Source: Takakia lepidozioides (lineage: Eukaryota; Plantae; Bryophyta). From it: a DNA stretch of 64,000 nucleotides. The stretch covers positions 47,802,001 to 47,866,000 of the forward strand of contig CM060731.1 of the NCBI GenBank assembly GCA_030704615.1, read 5' to 3'. Positions 1 to 11,230 of this stretch are shown here, in pieces. Position 1 is the first letter of the stretch; the number at the start of each line of letters is the position of its first letter. Below the pieces are notes generated by a model. That model was not told the origin of the DNA. It saw nothing but the letters and a program-made list of their open reading frames with translations, and did not search any database. Made by a program: the position numbers and the translations under genes.

Positions 1-759
1 ACCAAAGGGAATTCTCCTAGGCCCAAATAGGTGGAGGGTTTAGTGGGAAGCGAAGGGGGGGACCGTTATGTCCCGGTGAGCAGCCGAAGCTCCAAGTTGG
101 CCCGGGCGGCCAGGTTGGGAGTCGGGCGCGCGCATCAAAGCGAGTAACTATGACTTGAAGGGGAGCTTACCAAAGTGAGGTGCGCGACACGCAGCGAGTG
201 CAAGCAGGCGTGGGATGGCAGGAGCGTCGGCAGCACATCAACATACAGCCAGTAGTAAGTGCGGGCCCCGGCAGGTGAGCTGTGGACTTAGCAAAGAACG
301 AGTGCAAGGCTGAAAGCATGCGTGGGCCTGCGGGAAGGTGGAGTTGCGAGCAACTTCCTAAGTCTCTTCTAGGGTTTGCCCCCAACCACCCTAACCCCGT
401 CCGTTGGATGTAACCAGGCCTGGGCCCTGGCATGCTGGATTTCCGCCACGTGGCAGCATTCAACGGCCATTTTCCGTTTTCTTAGAAGATAAGAACGGCT
501 GGAATCCGTCCAGGCATGCCTACTAAGGCATATTTCCGGCATATTCTGATACGGAAAGGCAAAAATCCGTCCTAAAGCAAGGCACTCAGATGATTTCCTC
601 TTAGGCCATTTTTTCTGTCGGTTCATTTTCCGGAGGTTTCATGTCATACCCGGAAATTCCAGGATGGCACTCGGCTGGCATGTAACTGGCTGCCGGTTCT
701 CCCCGTTCGTTGATCATCTGCACAAGGACATCAGACTCATCAATTGTCTGGAACGACAG

Positions 760-1094
760 CATCCCGCCATGTTGGCAGCTCCACTAGCGCCCAACTATCT
801 ATGGAGCAGGAAGAATCAGATAGGAATTGGAGGCATAAGAGAACCTCTAGAAAGGGCAAATCCAAAGCCCACCTCTCGTTTGAATCCTCTGGATGCAAAT
901 CAATGAGCCTCTGCAGTCTTGTCTCGCTGCTATGGACCTACCCATCCTTAGTCTCCTGCAGCCTCTCTCAGATTTGGCCACGGGGCAGTGTCTCCTTTAT
1001 CATCCTTATGATTGTTTTTCCTGAGGTTATTTTCTCCTCAGTTTTATTAATAAAATTTGTCAGGGCTCCCCTGTTCAAAAAAAAAAAAAAAAAA
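760..1094 (+). mobile_element. L1-type LINE 3' end fragment with poly(A) tail
   Basis: AATAAA at ~1049, then GGGCTCCCCTGTTC and an A-run (1077-1094). A similar terminus occurs on the minus strand at ~28515-28570. The 5' boundary is uncertain. Confidence 0.5.
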
Positions 1095-1205
1095 GTTGTA
1101 GTCAAAAGAAAGGATGAAGAAAGCGTAAAGTGCAGTGTAATTAGTAGTTATCATCAGTTCTGAATTCGACGCTTGGTTTATTACTACATGCCACTAAATT
1201 AATTA

Positions 1206-1499
1206 ATATTTGACGCCTTGGGAAGGAAGGGTAAATTACTGGTCTCTCCATCCCCAAGGGTTACTGCCCTCCGCTTCGGAAGGGTGGACACGTGGACATC
1301 TTTGTGACACCAATAGGTGGATTGCTGTGACAACCAAGTTTTAGCACAGTGGTAATGGGCACATACCACTTGGGAAGTGGTTGTGGGATAAATCAACCAA
1401 TTGGTGTCACAAAGTTGCCCACCTTCCTATTGGAAGGTAGTAACCCTTCGGGGTGAAGAGCCACCATAATTTACCCTTCCTTCCGGAGGCGTCATATAT
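1206..1499. mobile_element. Foldback MITE (~295 bp) with long imperfect TIRs
   Basis: ATATTTGACGCCTTGGGAAGGAAGGGTAAATTA at 1206 pairs with TAATTTACCCTTCCTTCCGGAGGCGTCATATAT ending 1499. Complementarity extends ~70-85 bp inward; flanks are AT-rich. Confidence 0.8.
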
Positions 1500-1649
1500 T
1501 ATTATATAGAAATGGTGTGGCAATCATCATCCATCTATTATTTGGTAGTGTGATCGCTTAGAGCTCTTCCACGTAATCCATGGGTGTCTTGATAAAGCCA
1601 TCGTCAAGGACAGCAAGAATCTCACTGAATCTTACAGTCCACAGCCCAG

Positions 1650-2150
1650 GATCCAATTTCTACAACGCATTCCTTACGCATTTCCGGACAACTCAAATTC
1701 ACGTACCGCCTTGATTGGACTTTGCATTCATAGACAGGGCACGACTTGAATGGCGGCCATGGGATTCCCATGGGAGGAGTGCCCCAGATGTGCAACTCTT
1801 TGCGTTGGGGGTGCGGAAAATATGGTATTGAGGTAGCGCCATGCTCCTTTCACTCTCTTTTTGGGTGAGAGTTGTGCCATGTACATACTATAGGTGGCGT
1901 CAAAACATCTCATGGCTCTCTCTCTGCCAATTCGGAAGAGACGTTCACATGCATTTGCACTAACGTCATGAGCCATCAGAACAACTTTGAAAAAAGAGAG
2001 AATACTAGAGCCATCCTGATCAGACAGTGGCGCTATGTCAAGGAGATGTCAAGCCATGAGCTTGAGCTTCTCTGGCCCGTGGTAAGCAAAATCATTGAAT
2101 TTTTCGCTTGACAAGGATGCAGGACTATAATGGAGCTACAATGTGTAGCT
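1650..2150 (+). pseudogene. Possible degenerate hAT transposase relic
   Basis: Translation DRARLEWRPWDSHGRSAPDVQLFALGV resembles the hAT C-terminal WW..HG..AP.LQ..A.RVL motif. Many stops. Confidence 0.3.
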
Positions 2151-3084
2151 CTGCGCAGTGATCTGTAAATCCTGGAGCTCCAAGCTCAACAATTGAATGA
2201 CACTCAAGTTTCTTCAAGTCATGAATCTGAGGATGGACGTTTTTTTCTTACCAAGAATCCCGAGCCACAGCTACTTGGCCAAGTTGAGGGGGAAACTAAC
2301 CCCCTTTCTGGCACAGAGGGACAGAGCCCCAGCCTGAAGGCAACACAGGGGATTGAGCCCCAGACGCAAAGGCCAATGCACAGGCAGTCGTACACACAGC
2401 CCTCTTGTGCGATGACTAACTTTATAAATGGTTGCTTAATTCATTCTCGTGAAGGAAGTGTTTTGTTTGTTTTTAACTTACTAATAATAGGAGGGACGAT
2501 CCTCGGCACCAGCCCGGATGTCCGAGATCTATGAAGTTGGTGCCCTCTCGTACTACAGTTCCATCTAGAGCTCTCTTCGCGCTAAATTGTTCCTTCCATT
2601 TCTACATCTTTTCATTAGTTTCAATTCTTTGATATGATCAACTTCTCTTGGCAAGTTGGCGTCTTTAGAGTGTAAAGGGGCTCTACCAGTACTATTTCTC
2701 CAGATCTGATGTAGACAGCTCTCAATTTATTGGAAGGTCAGTGTGTGCCGATGATTGACTACCCACTAGCTCGCAAGAGTAGCGCATGATCAGGTGATGT
2801 CCAGCTAATCGTCATGTAGATGTCTTAGATTTCCAGGTCTGTCCTGATGCAAGTAGCATCTAGCTGTTAATTTGGCATGTATAAGTCCTTATTTGCAACT
2901 TTAATGGACTGTATGATAAAGATGGGTCTAGCTGTCTCTCCTCTCATATTTTCTGGTGTATGAGCATCCCCTCCTCAAAAGTTGTTCTTGATTTATGTGT
3001 CCGTTCCTCGTCTGTTCTGACTGGTCAACAGCATTGGTGCAGGGCACTAGGATAATACTTTCCGGAATTCACCACGCCAGGGCC

Positions 3085-3885
3085 ATGGCGTGGTTGGAAT
3101 GCAAAATCTGCTTGGAAGAGGCAACTAGGGATCCAGTGGTTACCTCGTGCGGCCATTTATTTTGCTGGGCGTGCATCTATCGGTGGTGCTTTCGTGGTAT
3201 GCCACACGTCCCAAGAGCATGCCCAGTGTGTAGGCAAGGTATTGGAGAGGACAGGGCAATATATCCAATCCGTGGCCGAGAACATCTGCGCCCAACCTCG
3301 GCGCCAGAGCGATTGAGTCACGTTGACTCAACACTTATAATTCCACCTTGTCCAGATGGGCCCTGGATCCCTGAGCCCGAGCCCGAAGTGCCCATGGACG
3401 CATCAGAAGTTGCATTCCTAGAAGAAGCACTGGAGCGTGAATTATACTATCTTGAACATCCGAGTGAACGTGAAGATCGTACTGACACAGAGGACGAGGT
3501 TGACTGGGGGCAGGATCAGGATTTGGATGACCAGGAAAGTGATGAGGATAGACCTTATGCAGGAAGTTTTCAGGAGTATCTGGATCGGCTCGGGACCAGG
3601 GACAACCTTGATGACGCGATTGACCAGGCAAGTGAGGAGGATAGACTTCATGCAGGAAGTTTTCAGGAGTATCTGGATGAGATCGGGGCCGGGGACAACC
3701 TTGATGATTCGGATGACCAGGCAAGTGAGGAGGATCTTTATACAGGAAGTTTTCAGGAGTATCTGGATGAGATCGACCAGGCAACTGAGGAGGATATCAG
3801 ACTTCATACAGTAACTCCTCAGGAGTATCACACGATCAGAGGAACAACCTTTGAGGTTGATGATTCGGATGACCTGGCAACTTAG
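3085..3885 (+). CDS. Intronless C3HC4 RING-finger protein (RNF5/RMA-like RING) with acidic tandem-repeat C-terminus
   Basis: CKICLEEATRDPVVTSCGHLFCWACIYRW...CPVC. Good-context ATG (GCCATGG) at 3085; the ORF is open from 2995. Confidence 0.8.
   Translation: MAWLECKICLEEATRDPVVTSCGHLFCWACIYRWCFRGMPHVPRACPVCRQGIGEDRAIYPIRGREHLRPTSAPERLSHVDSTLIIPPCPDGPWIPEPEPEVPMDASEVAFLEEALERELYYLEHPSEREDRTDTEDEVDWGQDQDLDDQESDEDRPYAGSFQEYLDRLGTRDNLDDAIDQASEEDRLHAGSFQEYLDEIGAGDNLDDSDDQASEEDLYTGSFQEYLDEIDQATEEDIRLHTVTPQEYHTIRGTTFEVDDSDDLAT
3526..3830 (+). repeat. Coding tandem repeat, ~93-bp/31-aa unit (DQxSEEDRxxAGSFQEYLD...)
   Basis: GGAAGTTTTCAGGAGTATCTGGAT recurs at ~3562, 3655 and 3745, with a degenerate fourth unit. 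Confidence 0.9.
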
Positions 3886-4958
3886 GACTTTATTAGTAAC
3901 TCCTGAGGAATATCAGGCTCTGGTGGACAGCCTTAAACTTGGTGAGTTAGTGGATTATGATGACTATGAGGACGATGAGGACACTGCACCTGAGGTTCCA
4001 GCAGCAGGCATACCAGGACCTAGTACCAGATCTACATCTAGGTAGAGCTTAGCCTGCACACTCATGAATTGAGTGAGTCCGCCAGAGTCAGTCTCTCCTG
4101 ATGCCCCATAGACTATACAACTTAGAAAGAATGAGACACTTGCACTGAACCAAGAGAAGGCCACCTGGGTTGGAGTTGGCAAGGATGGTCGCTTACAGTC
4201 TCCAGGCTGTGTAGTGATCTGTAAAGCTCGCAGGTGGTCCAGCTTTGCAATTATTCCATGACAATCCACTTTGATTGTCATGTGAATCTGTAATTTAAAT
4301 GTCAAGAATCCCAACCCCAAACATCATGGCCGGTTTAGCTCCCAGGGGTAAAGTCTTTCAGCAGAAACAACAGGCAAGAACAGAAGACACGAGGCTTTGC
4401 ATCAGTTTTATATTTAAAGGCGATGGGAATGTGTCATTAAAACCACCAGAGTGCTATTACTCACAAAATGTATCTTAGCTGTACACATATTGCAGAAAGT
4501 AGGCAGGTCCAGAGACAACATGCCCTGGACTCTAAATCTAACCCCCTCCCACAGTCTACAATCTAGGGGCTAGGAAGTCCTACAACTTCACTAAGGCTGA
4601 CATGCAAGACCCAAACCTGAGAGGTCGCTAACATGTTGCACCTCTCAATGTCAACCATATCTCGAAACCTTCAGACGCTGGTAGATAGGCCCTTGGAAAA
4701 ATGGGGTCTCCAAGAAAGGTTGAGGCACTATTATCCCTATTCCTACATTATTGACCTTTCTGGCTGCCAACAGAACTTGGTTGCCAAAACCTAAACAACT
4801 AAGAGCTTCCGCGACAGCCCAATGTCACTTCCAATCTGGAATCCGCACCACTCAAAAGTAAGGCATCCTGCTTCCAAGCTGATATAAAATTTTATTCCAT
4901 TGCAAGGGAGTTTGTGACTTAATCGTGTGCATTTGAAACGGAATTCCCTGAGAGCTGC

Positions 4959-7900
4959 TTATCGATGTGATCCCAAGTAGGGCCTATAATCAGGAGAGCG
5001 GCTGCGATAGTGTCGGGGTGGTGATTGGCTGCACACCAATTACACAGAGAGTCAGCCACCACATTGTCCATCACCACCTACATGTTCCTACAGGAGCTTT
5101 AAAGAAGTCATTAAACAATTGACCAGAACTTTCCAGGTATCCACCTACCACAGCTCACAGAGTCAGCCATCACATTTAATTCACCTCTGACAAGTTTCCA
5201 AAGGAGCTTAAAAAAAAGACCTGTCAAAATATATACTTCATCAAAACTTTCGAGTAAACCAGTATCCACCAACCCTTTGCCAATATCCAGGCCTGTGCTA
5301 AATGTAATGAAATGAAATGGTGCTTTATAACGTCCGCGGAAAGCTCATAGAGCTTATGGGACAAAATGGAAGAAAACATGAGAGAGGAACAAATCCAGAA
5401 ACCACAATTAATGTTCTAGCGATTGTCTAAGGGTGAAGGCCTCATGCAGGTAGGCTGCCAAGCATTTTTTATCCTCATAGTGGAAGACATCAGTGAGAGT
5501 TTGAGTTCCATAATGAATGATCCAACTTTTCTTAGACTTCAGATGCACCAAAATTACATGACAACACGGTATTGCAAAAAGGAAAACAGTAAAGCTCCGA
5601 GAAGTTCTCCTACAAGATATAATATCAAGACACTGAACTCACATATCCCCAACGATCTCCTACAAGATGAGAATAATTCCACCAGCTTGCAAAACAAAAG
5701 ATACAGTATCCCCATGGTAGGCTCCTCATTCGTCATTCCATATGGACAATTTCATTCTGATATTAGTTCCCTTACCTATGTTGACGCCCGCCACTGCGAG
5801 GTGGACTTCGAGCAGGGCCATAGTCAGGACTGCCCCTTGTTGGCCCCCTTCCACCTCCATACCGACCAGTGCTAGGGCCTCTGATTGGGGGATCTCCGTC
5901 CTCACGTGCTGCATACTCTACAGTGATCACCCGGTCCATCACCTTACTGCAAATCGTGAAGACATTTCAGTGAGTTGAATGAAGCAAAAGCTGTCGACAG
6001 AATGTGAAGTCATTGTAAAAACAGAATAGAGACAACCAACCCACACGTCACACCTACAAGTTAAATAAAGCTAAATCTTTGGCAAATGTACCAACACATA
6101 AGATTGGCGATGCCTGGTGGAACTTTGTGGTACTTCAAAGACCTGTACCAAACCAAAAAGTCACCTCAAGTTGGTTGACTCCAGAGCTTGTGTGGCCTCA
6201 TCCTGTGTCTCATACTGGACAAAGCCGAAGTTCTTGCGAATTTGTACACGCAACAGCTTTCCGTAAGGCTCAAAATGCCGCTCAAGGTCATGGACTCGAG
6301 TATTAGTGGGGTCGAAATTCACCACAAAGAGTGTCTTGGTGGGCTTCTGTTTGGTGATGCTTCTGCGAGCATCCTCCCGCCGACGTATGGCACCATCACC
6401 TTGCTGCAGACAAAAATGACAACCCGGGAACACCTATTAATTCTCCTATTGTAAATCACAGCAGTCCAGTTTTTATGACTGTTGCTGATTCAATGAACTT
6501 TGATGCATCGTCTCCAAAGTACGTGGTGCATCCTCTGCACTGGAATATCCTTAAGCTTTATAATTCCATATGACCAAGGCCACTTTACATCTACTAAAGT
6601 AGGTATCACAAGCTTCTGACCAACACGTTCCCAGTTACAAGTAAATATATGCCCTGAGCTTTCTCCTATCCTGCGAAAATATGACGTCGAAGTGCTTGTA
6701 AGGCAAATTTAGACTGATCTTAAGCTGGCAGTGAGAGGCATTCACATTCCTGGCCTGCAAAATCCAGCTATAAACAAAGCAACGCATGCCTAAAGTGGAC
6801 TTGTACCTTGGCCCACTCAACACAGAGCCGGCGGCGCTGTCTGCCAAACTCCAGGTTGTCCAGAGCACGAATTGCATCCTCTGCATCACGCTCATCATCC
6901 ATGTAGACAAATGCAAAGCCTGCGCCAACAAAGACAGACCGTTACTACTAGATTTCCCCGCGCAAAATTACACAAAAACCGACCGAAGTTTCATACAAAA
7001 TGAAGGCGGAGTGGCTGTTCAGAACTTAAGACTTCCCCATGCTAGGATATCAATTGCTCACACAACATTGGTACATGGTGATTTACTCATCAGCTAGTGG
7101 TCAAGCATCCCACCACTTACGCAATGCCTGGGGCTCTTACAACACTACAGATTGTCTATCTGACAAGCTTCCCATGGAAGCCACCCATGCACATGACGTC
7201 TTATAAGTGCCTCTCAAATTCAAAGTAATTATACTCTCTTGGGCAATTCCCATCAATGTTACATTTGACCAATCTGAAATGGAGAACTTGATAGACAACA
7301 CCTGGCGATCGTTGACTATTCGCTGCACAATCTCAGGACGATGTCAGGAAGAACGCAGAATAAATGCCAAGAATGAAGTGAAGTGAGGTGTGGACTGTTG
7401 ACAAAGAGACAAGAAGTCAGCAAAGCTTGCACCAATTATGTTGCTCTCCTCCAGTCTGCAGCAAGATGACAATCTACACGACTGGCACGCCTGGACAAAC
7501 AGAGATGCTGACATGGACGACGCAGATGCTGAGGTGGATGGCTCTCTTCAGCGATGACAATCTAGATGATCAGGCCTTGGGAAGATGACGTGAACAATGA
7601 GGATGCTGAGGTGGATAGCGTAGATGCTGAGGTCAGCACCATGATGAGTTCGGTCACCAATAGAATGGAAAGAGTGATGATCTGATGATAATAGGGTGAA
7701 TGCAAGCTGTCTTCTGCAGGTTTTGTTGGAAAACTGGTGTGCTCATAATAGGAAGAAAATGAAGCCAAGTGTTGGCAGTGGAAGCCATGTAGAAATGGGG
7801 CACTGGCCAAGCTGCCACCCTCTCTATGCTCACGCCTGCGCTGCCACATCCATCCTTGAGAATACTACAATTTCACCAACAACCAGCTGTACCTCTGCCT

Positions 7901-8446
7901 GTGGTTTACTCCCACTAAAGAATAAACATGCCAAACATCAAAATTAAATAATAAACATGGCACGACCAGAACCAAATCACCAAGAAACCTAAAACAGAGC
8001 ATTTCACAGCTTTCTTGAACCTACAAGCCTTCTTGATATTAAACCATGTTCTATGTTTGATGTCAGTTTCACCCTTCCACCTGATGAAGGATCAACCGCA
8101 AGATGACATGTTCGAGATGCTTGTCATTCATGGAACTTTGAAGTGGTCTGCTTGAACTGCCTTGTGCAAGAGAATCAGGGATAAGAGAGCTCAGGGGAGG
8201 CAGCAGCAAAGAACAGTGGGATACTTCAGGGTCAGAAAGATATGTGTATGAGCATAAGCATGGCAACAAAGGAAGAAGAAGAGACATTGCACACTCCAAA
8301 GCAAGATGAAGAACAGGGGAGAAAGGCATGCCTGTCTTCATGTCAACACGGTCTACTTTTCCATAGGAGGTAAACATGCGCTCAATCTCTGATTGCCGTG
8401 CATCATACTCAAAGTTGCCACAGAACACTGGCCTCATTCTCGCCAT
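4959..8446 (-). CDS. Plant RS-subfamily SR splicing factor (RS31/RS40/RS41-like; 2 RRM + RS domain). Coding exons 8446-8332, 6919-6807, 6403-6165, 5946-5776, 5028-4959
   Basis: [22 protein letters not shown]...VDMKTG|[20 protein letters not shown]...LCVEWAK|...[12 protein letters not shown]...[11 protein letters not shown], then a SPDYG/RSRSP tail. Exon phases join in frame. Probable 5'UTR exons extend to ~9500. Confidence 0.92.
5304..5500 (-). mobile_element. 3' fragment of RTE/RTEX-like LINE family 2 with (CATTT)n tail, in the last RS intron
   Basis: AATGAAATGAAATGGTGCTTTATAACGTCCG... is nearly identical to copies at 14550 and 16716. Confidence 0.8.
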
Positions 8447-9499
8447 GCTTCAGCTACCTTAGCTGCAACACTTCTGTTATAGTTTAAGGGATCCTTCACT
8501 GCTCCAAAATCCTTGCTGGCTGAAGACAGAAAGGAATCAATTAATTGAGAAGATAGAACAAATCTCATATTCAGCAAATAAAGTTCAACACGCCAAAGAA
8601 GATGGCACAAGCTCATAGTCTATGCACAACATTTGATGTTTGTACACGTTCCTGCATGGCTCTTCTTCATGCCCCAACACCTCATGAGCAACTCCAACAA
8701 GGTAAATAAGCAGGCATAACTATTGATGAAAACAGAGTCAGATAGTTAGAATAAAAAGTTGTTGAAACATATCCTGTTTCATTCTGTGCCCCTGATCCTG
8801 ACCATCCCTCACTTCTATGGTGTCTGCCTACCTCTCTTTAGGTTTATCTGCAATCACTTCCTCTGACCTTACCTGTGGGGACATTAGCAATGATTCTTTA
8901 AAATATGAAAGGAATCAAGATGGAGCCTCTCAGGACGAGGGATAAAGGGGTAGATTATGTAATCAGCACTTTGTGCACACTAAATAAATCAGGGTGTCAG
9001 CTCTCCGGGGGAAGGTTAACAGTGTCGAAAAACCAACCTATGTGGATCCCATTCCCACAAATAGAAACTATCTCACAGAAATCAAGCAATGAAACCTACA
9101 AATTGACGGAAGAGAATCGGAAGATCTCAAAAAGGCAAGAACGAATTGTCCAGAAAGTATCCACGAAGACATTACTCCGTGAGTTGAAAGGAGACACACA
9201 TATCTATAAGCTCCCCCAGGGAAAAGAATTAACCAAAACACGTCTCACATGAGCACATACTATCCATTTACAGGCATCAACCACAAGCAGAGACTCCATT
9301 CAGAAAAGAAATTCCAAGATTGAGGGACACAAAGACAGACTATCGCTTTTGAAAGGAAAGAGCACAATTCGATAATCAACACAGGAGGATTACCTTCTCC
9401 CGCTGCACACCGTCCTTCACAAAGCCGAGCTTCCTGTCGCCACAACTCCGGACCTTGAAGACGAAGTCAAGTCGTTCCTCCGTGTTCCGCCAACAGACT

Positions 9500-9785
9500 C
9501 TCTGAGTTCCGCCATCGATGGGAAAAATATTATAACAAATTAAGGAAAAAACAAAATTTTGGCATGCCGTCATGGCCATGATGAGGGGATGGACTAAGAA
9601 ATGAACCACCACAGAGATATCTACCGGATAAAACAGAAAACCTTTGAACAATACGTAAGTATCCGTTGTATAAACATTTCTGTGGGGATTCTCTTGCCAA
9701 TACTCCACAGATTCTTGGCCCTGTCTGGGGAGGCTTTCAAGAAATTTCTTGAGATTTGCTGAGAATCTCCGAGCAGGAAACAATC
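9500..9785. promoter_or_regulatory. Putative short bidirectional promoter between the RS gene and HOZ
   Basis: RS 5'UTR donor at ~9392 (minus strand, AAG|GTAATC) and HOZ ATG at 9786 leave only a few hundred bp between divergent genes. TSSs are not known. Confidence 0.5.
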
Positions 9786-11193
9786 ATGCCTCTCCGTGTG
9801 CCTGTGCATCTTTCTAATACCATTTCGCATCTCTCATTGTCGCTCTCCCCGAGGGCTGTCTCTGGACCCCTGCATACATTGCCTGCATCATGCAGTTCCC
9901 AGGCTCATGTATCATCTCTCTCCTCCTTGTCTGATGCGCATGCTCTAGACAGACTACACTGGTTTGGAAATCGGATCGATTGTAGAGGAGGTCAATCAGG
10001 AGCTGGTAGGGCCAGATCTCGCCCGTTTATTTCAATGGCTTCTGCTACTGGAGCTCCCTCGCAGGTTCACCACGTTTAACCAGGTCCCGTGTCTTTGATT
10101 TTCTGTGCAAAAATCGTTCCTTTTCAATTCTCATTTATCCATTCAATCAATCGGATCAGCTCTTTCATTGAAAGACTACAAATTCGTATGTTGTCGTTCC
10201 TTGGCCTGAAGCAATGTGTGTTATTAGAGACAGAGAGAGAGAGAGAGAGAGAAGATGAAGAAGAAAGAGAAATTCACCATTTCTACTGCGGGCCCGAGTG
10301 ATCATGGGACAAAGAGCGATGAGTTCTTCAATGCAGCTTTTATGTCTTTCAAAATTACTATGATGAGGAAATTTTGACTACTACGATTTGAGCAATTGAT
10401 GTAATATAGCCACGTTCTAGGGGTCGGGCACTTTTTAGCAATTTCTTGTGGAAACCTTTGGGTTATGACTTTGGACACCCTCAAATTCCACTCTACACCA
10501 TCATGGAATGTTTCATAGTGTTACCTCAATGGTTTGAAAGGATAGGATCACGATTATGATTTTTGCATCATCTCTGGATAGTATCTCTCCAGTGCTCATA
10601 TTTGAACTTCAGTTAAACTCCAGAATGCAGTTGCTCTTGTTTTCATGATAATGCAAGCTACGGATAAACATTGTCTTGTGAAGTGGATGATGTTGAAAGT
10701 TGCTTGGAACAACTTCTCTTCTAAGTGACTTGGGAATTACTCAAGTTCTGCTGGCAATCTTGACCATAACTCAGCATATGGCCACTCCATGCGGAGTATG
10801 GTCTGAAGTGCAGAGCAATAGTGAAAGTTGTGCATTTTCGCAGAAAAATAAAGAACCTGTGTGACTCAAGGACGAAGGGTAGAGGGAGACATGGAAAGGC
10901 CATGGTGCAATGCTATTTCAGTAAATCCGTGATAGTCTAAGCTGTTATACGAGGACTTCACAAATCATGTTTAAGCAGATGGTCTTTGAATTCTTCAACA
11001 AACTTCAAGAAATATGGGTGCCTTTCAACACGTTAAGAGTGCAGCTGGAGTAATGCACAATAGCCCGGAGTTCAATGTGGCTTGGTGTGGCATACTTGCA
11101 GACTATGCCGAGTGAGAAGGTGGATGAAGAAACCAAGTACTGGGAGCAGATACAAGCCCACCAAGTACTGTCTCTCTTTTTTCCTCTCTCACT

Positions 11194-11230
<37 letters not shown>

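Noticed and set aside
1-720. GC-rich repeat-like segment, possibly a TE end or LTR
   Set aside because: Truncated by the window edge; no diagnostic terminus or coding motif.
3335-3831. Overlapping antisense and alternate-frame ORFs over the RING tail
   Set aside because: These are by-products of the tandem repeat.
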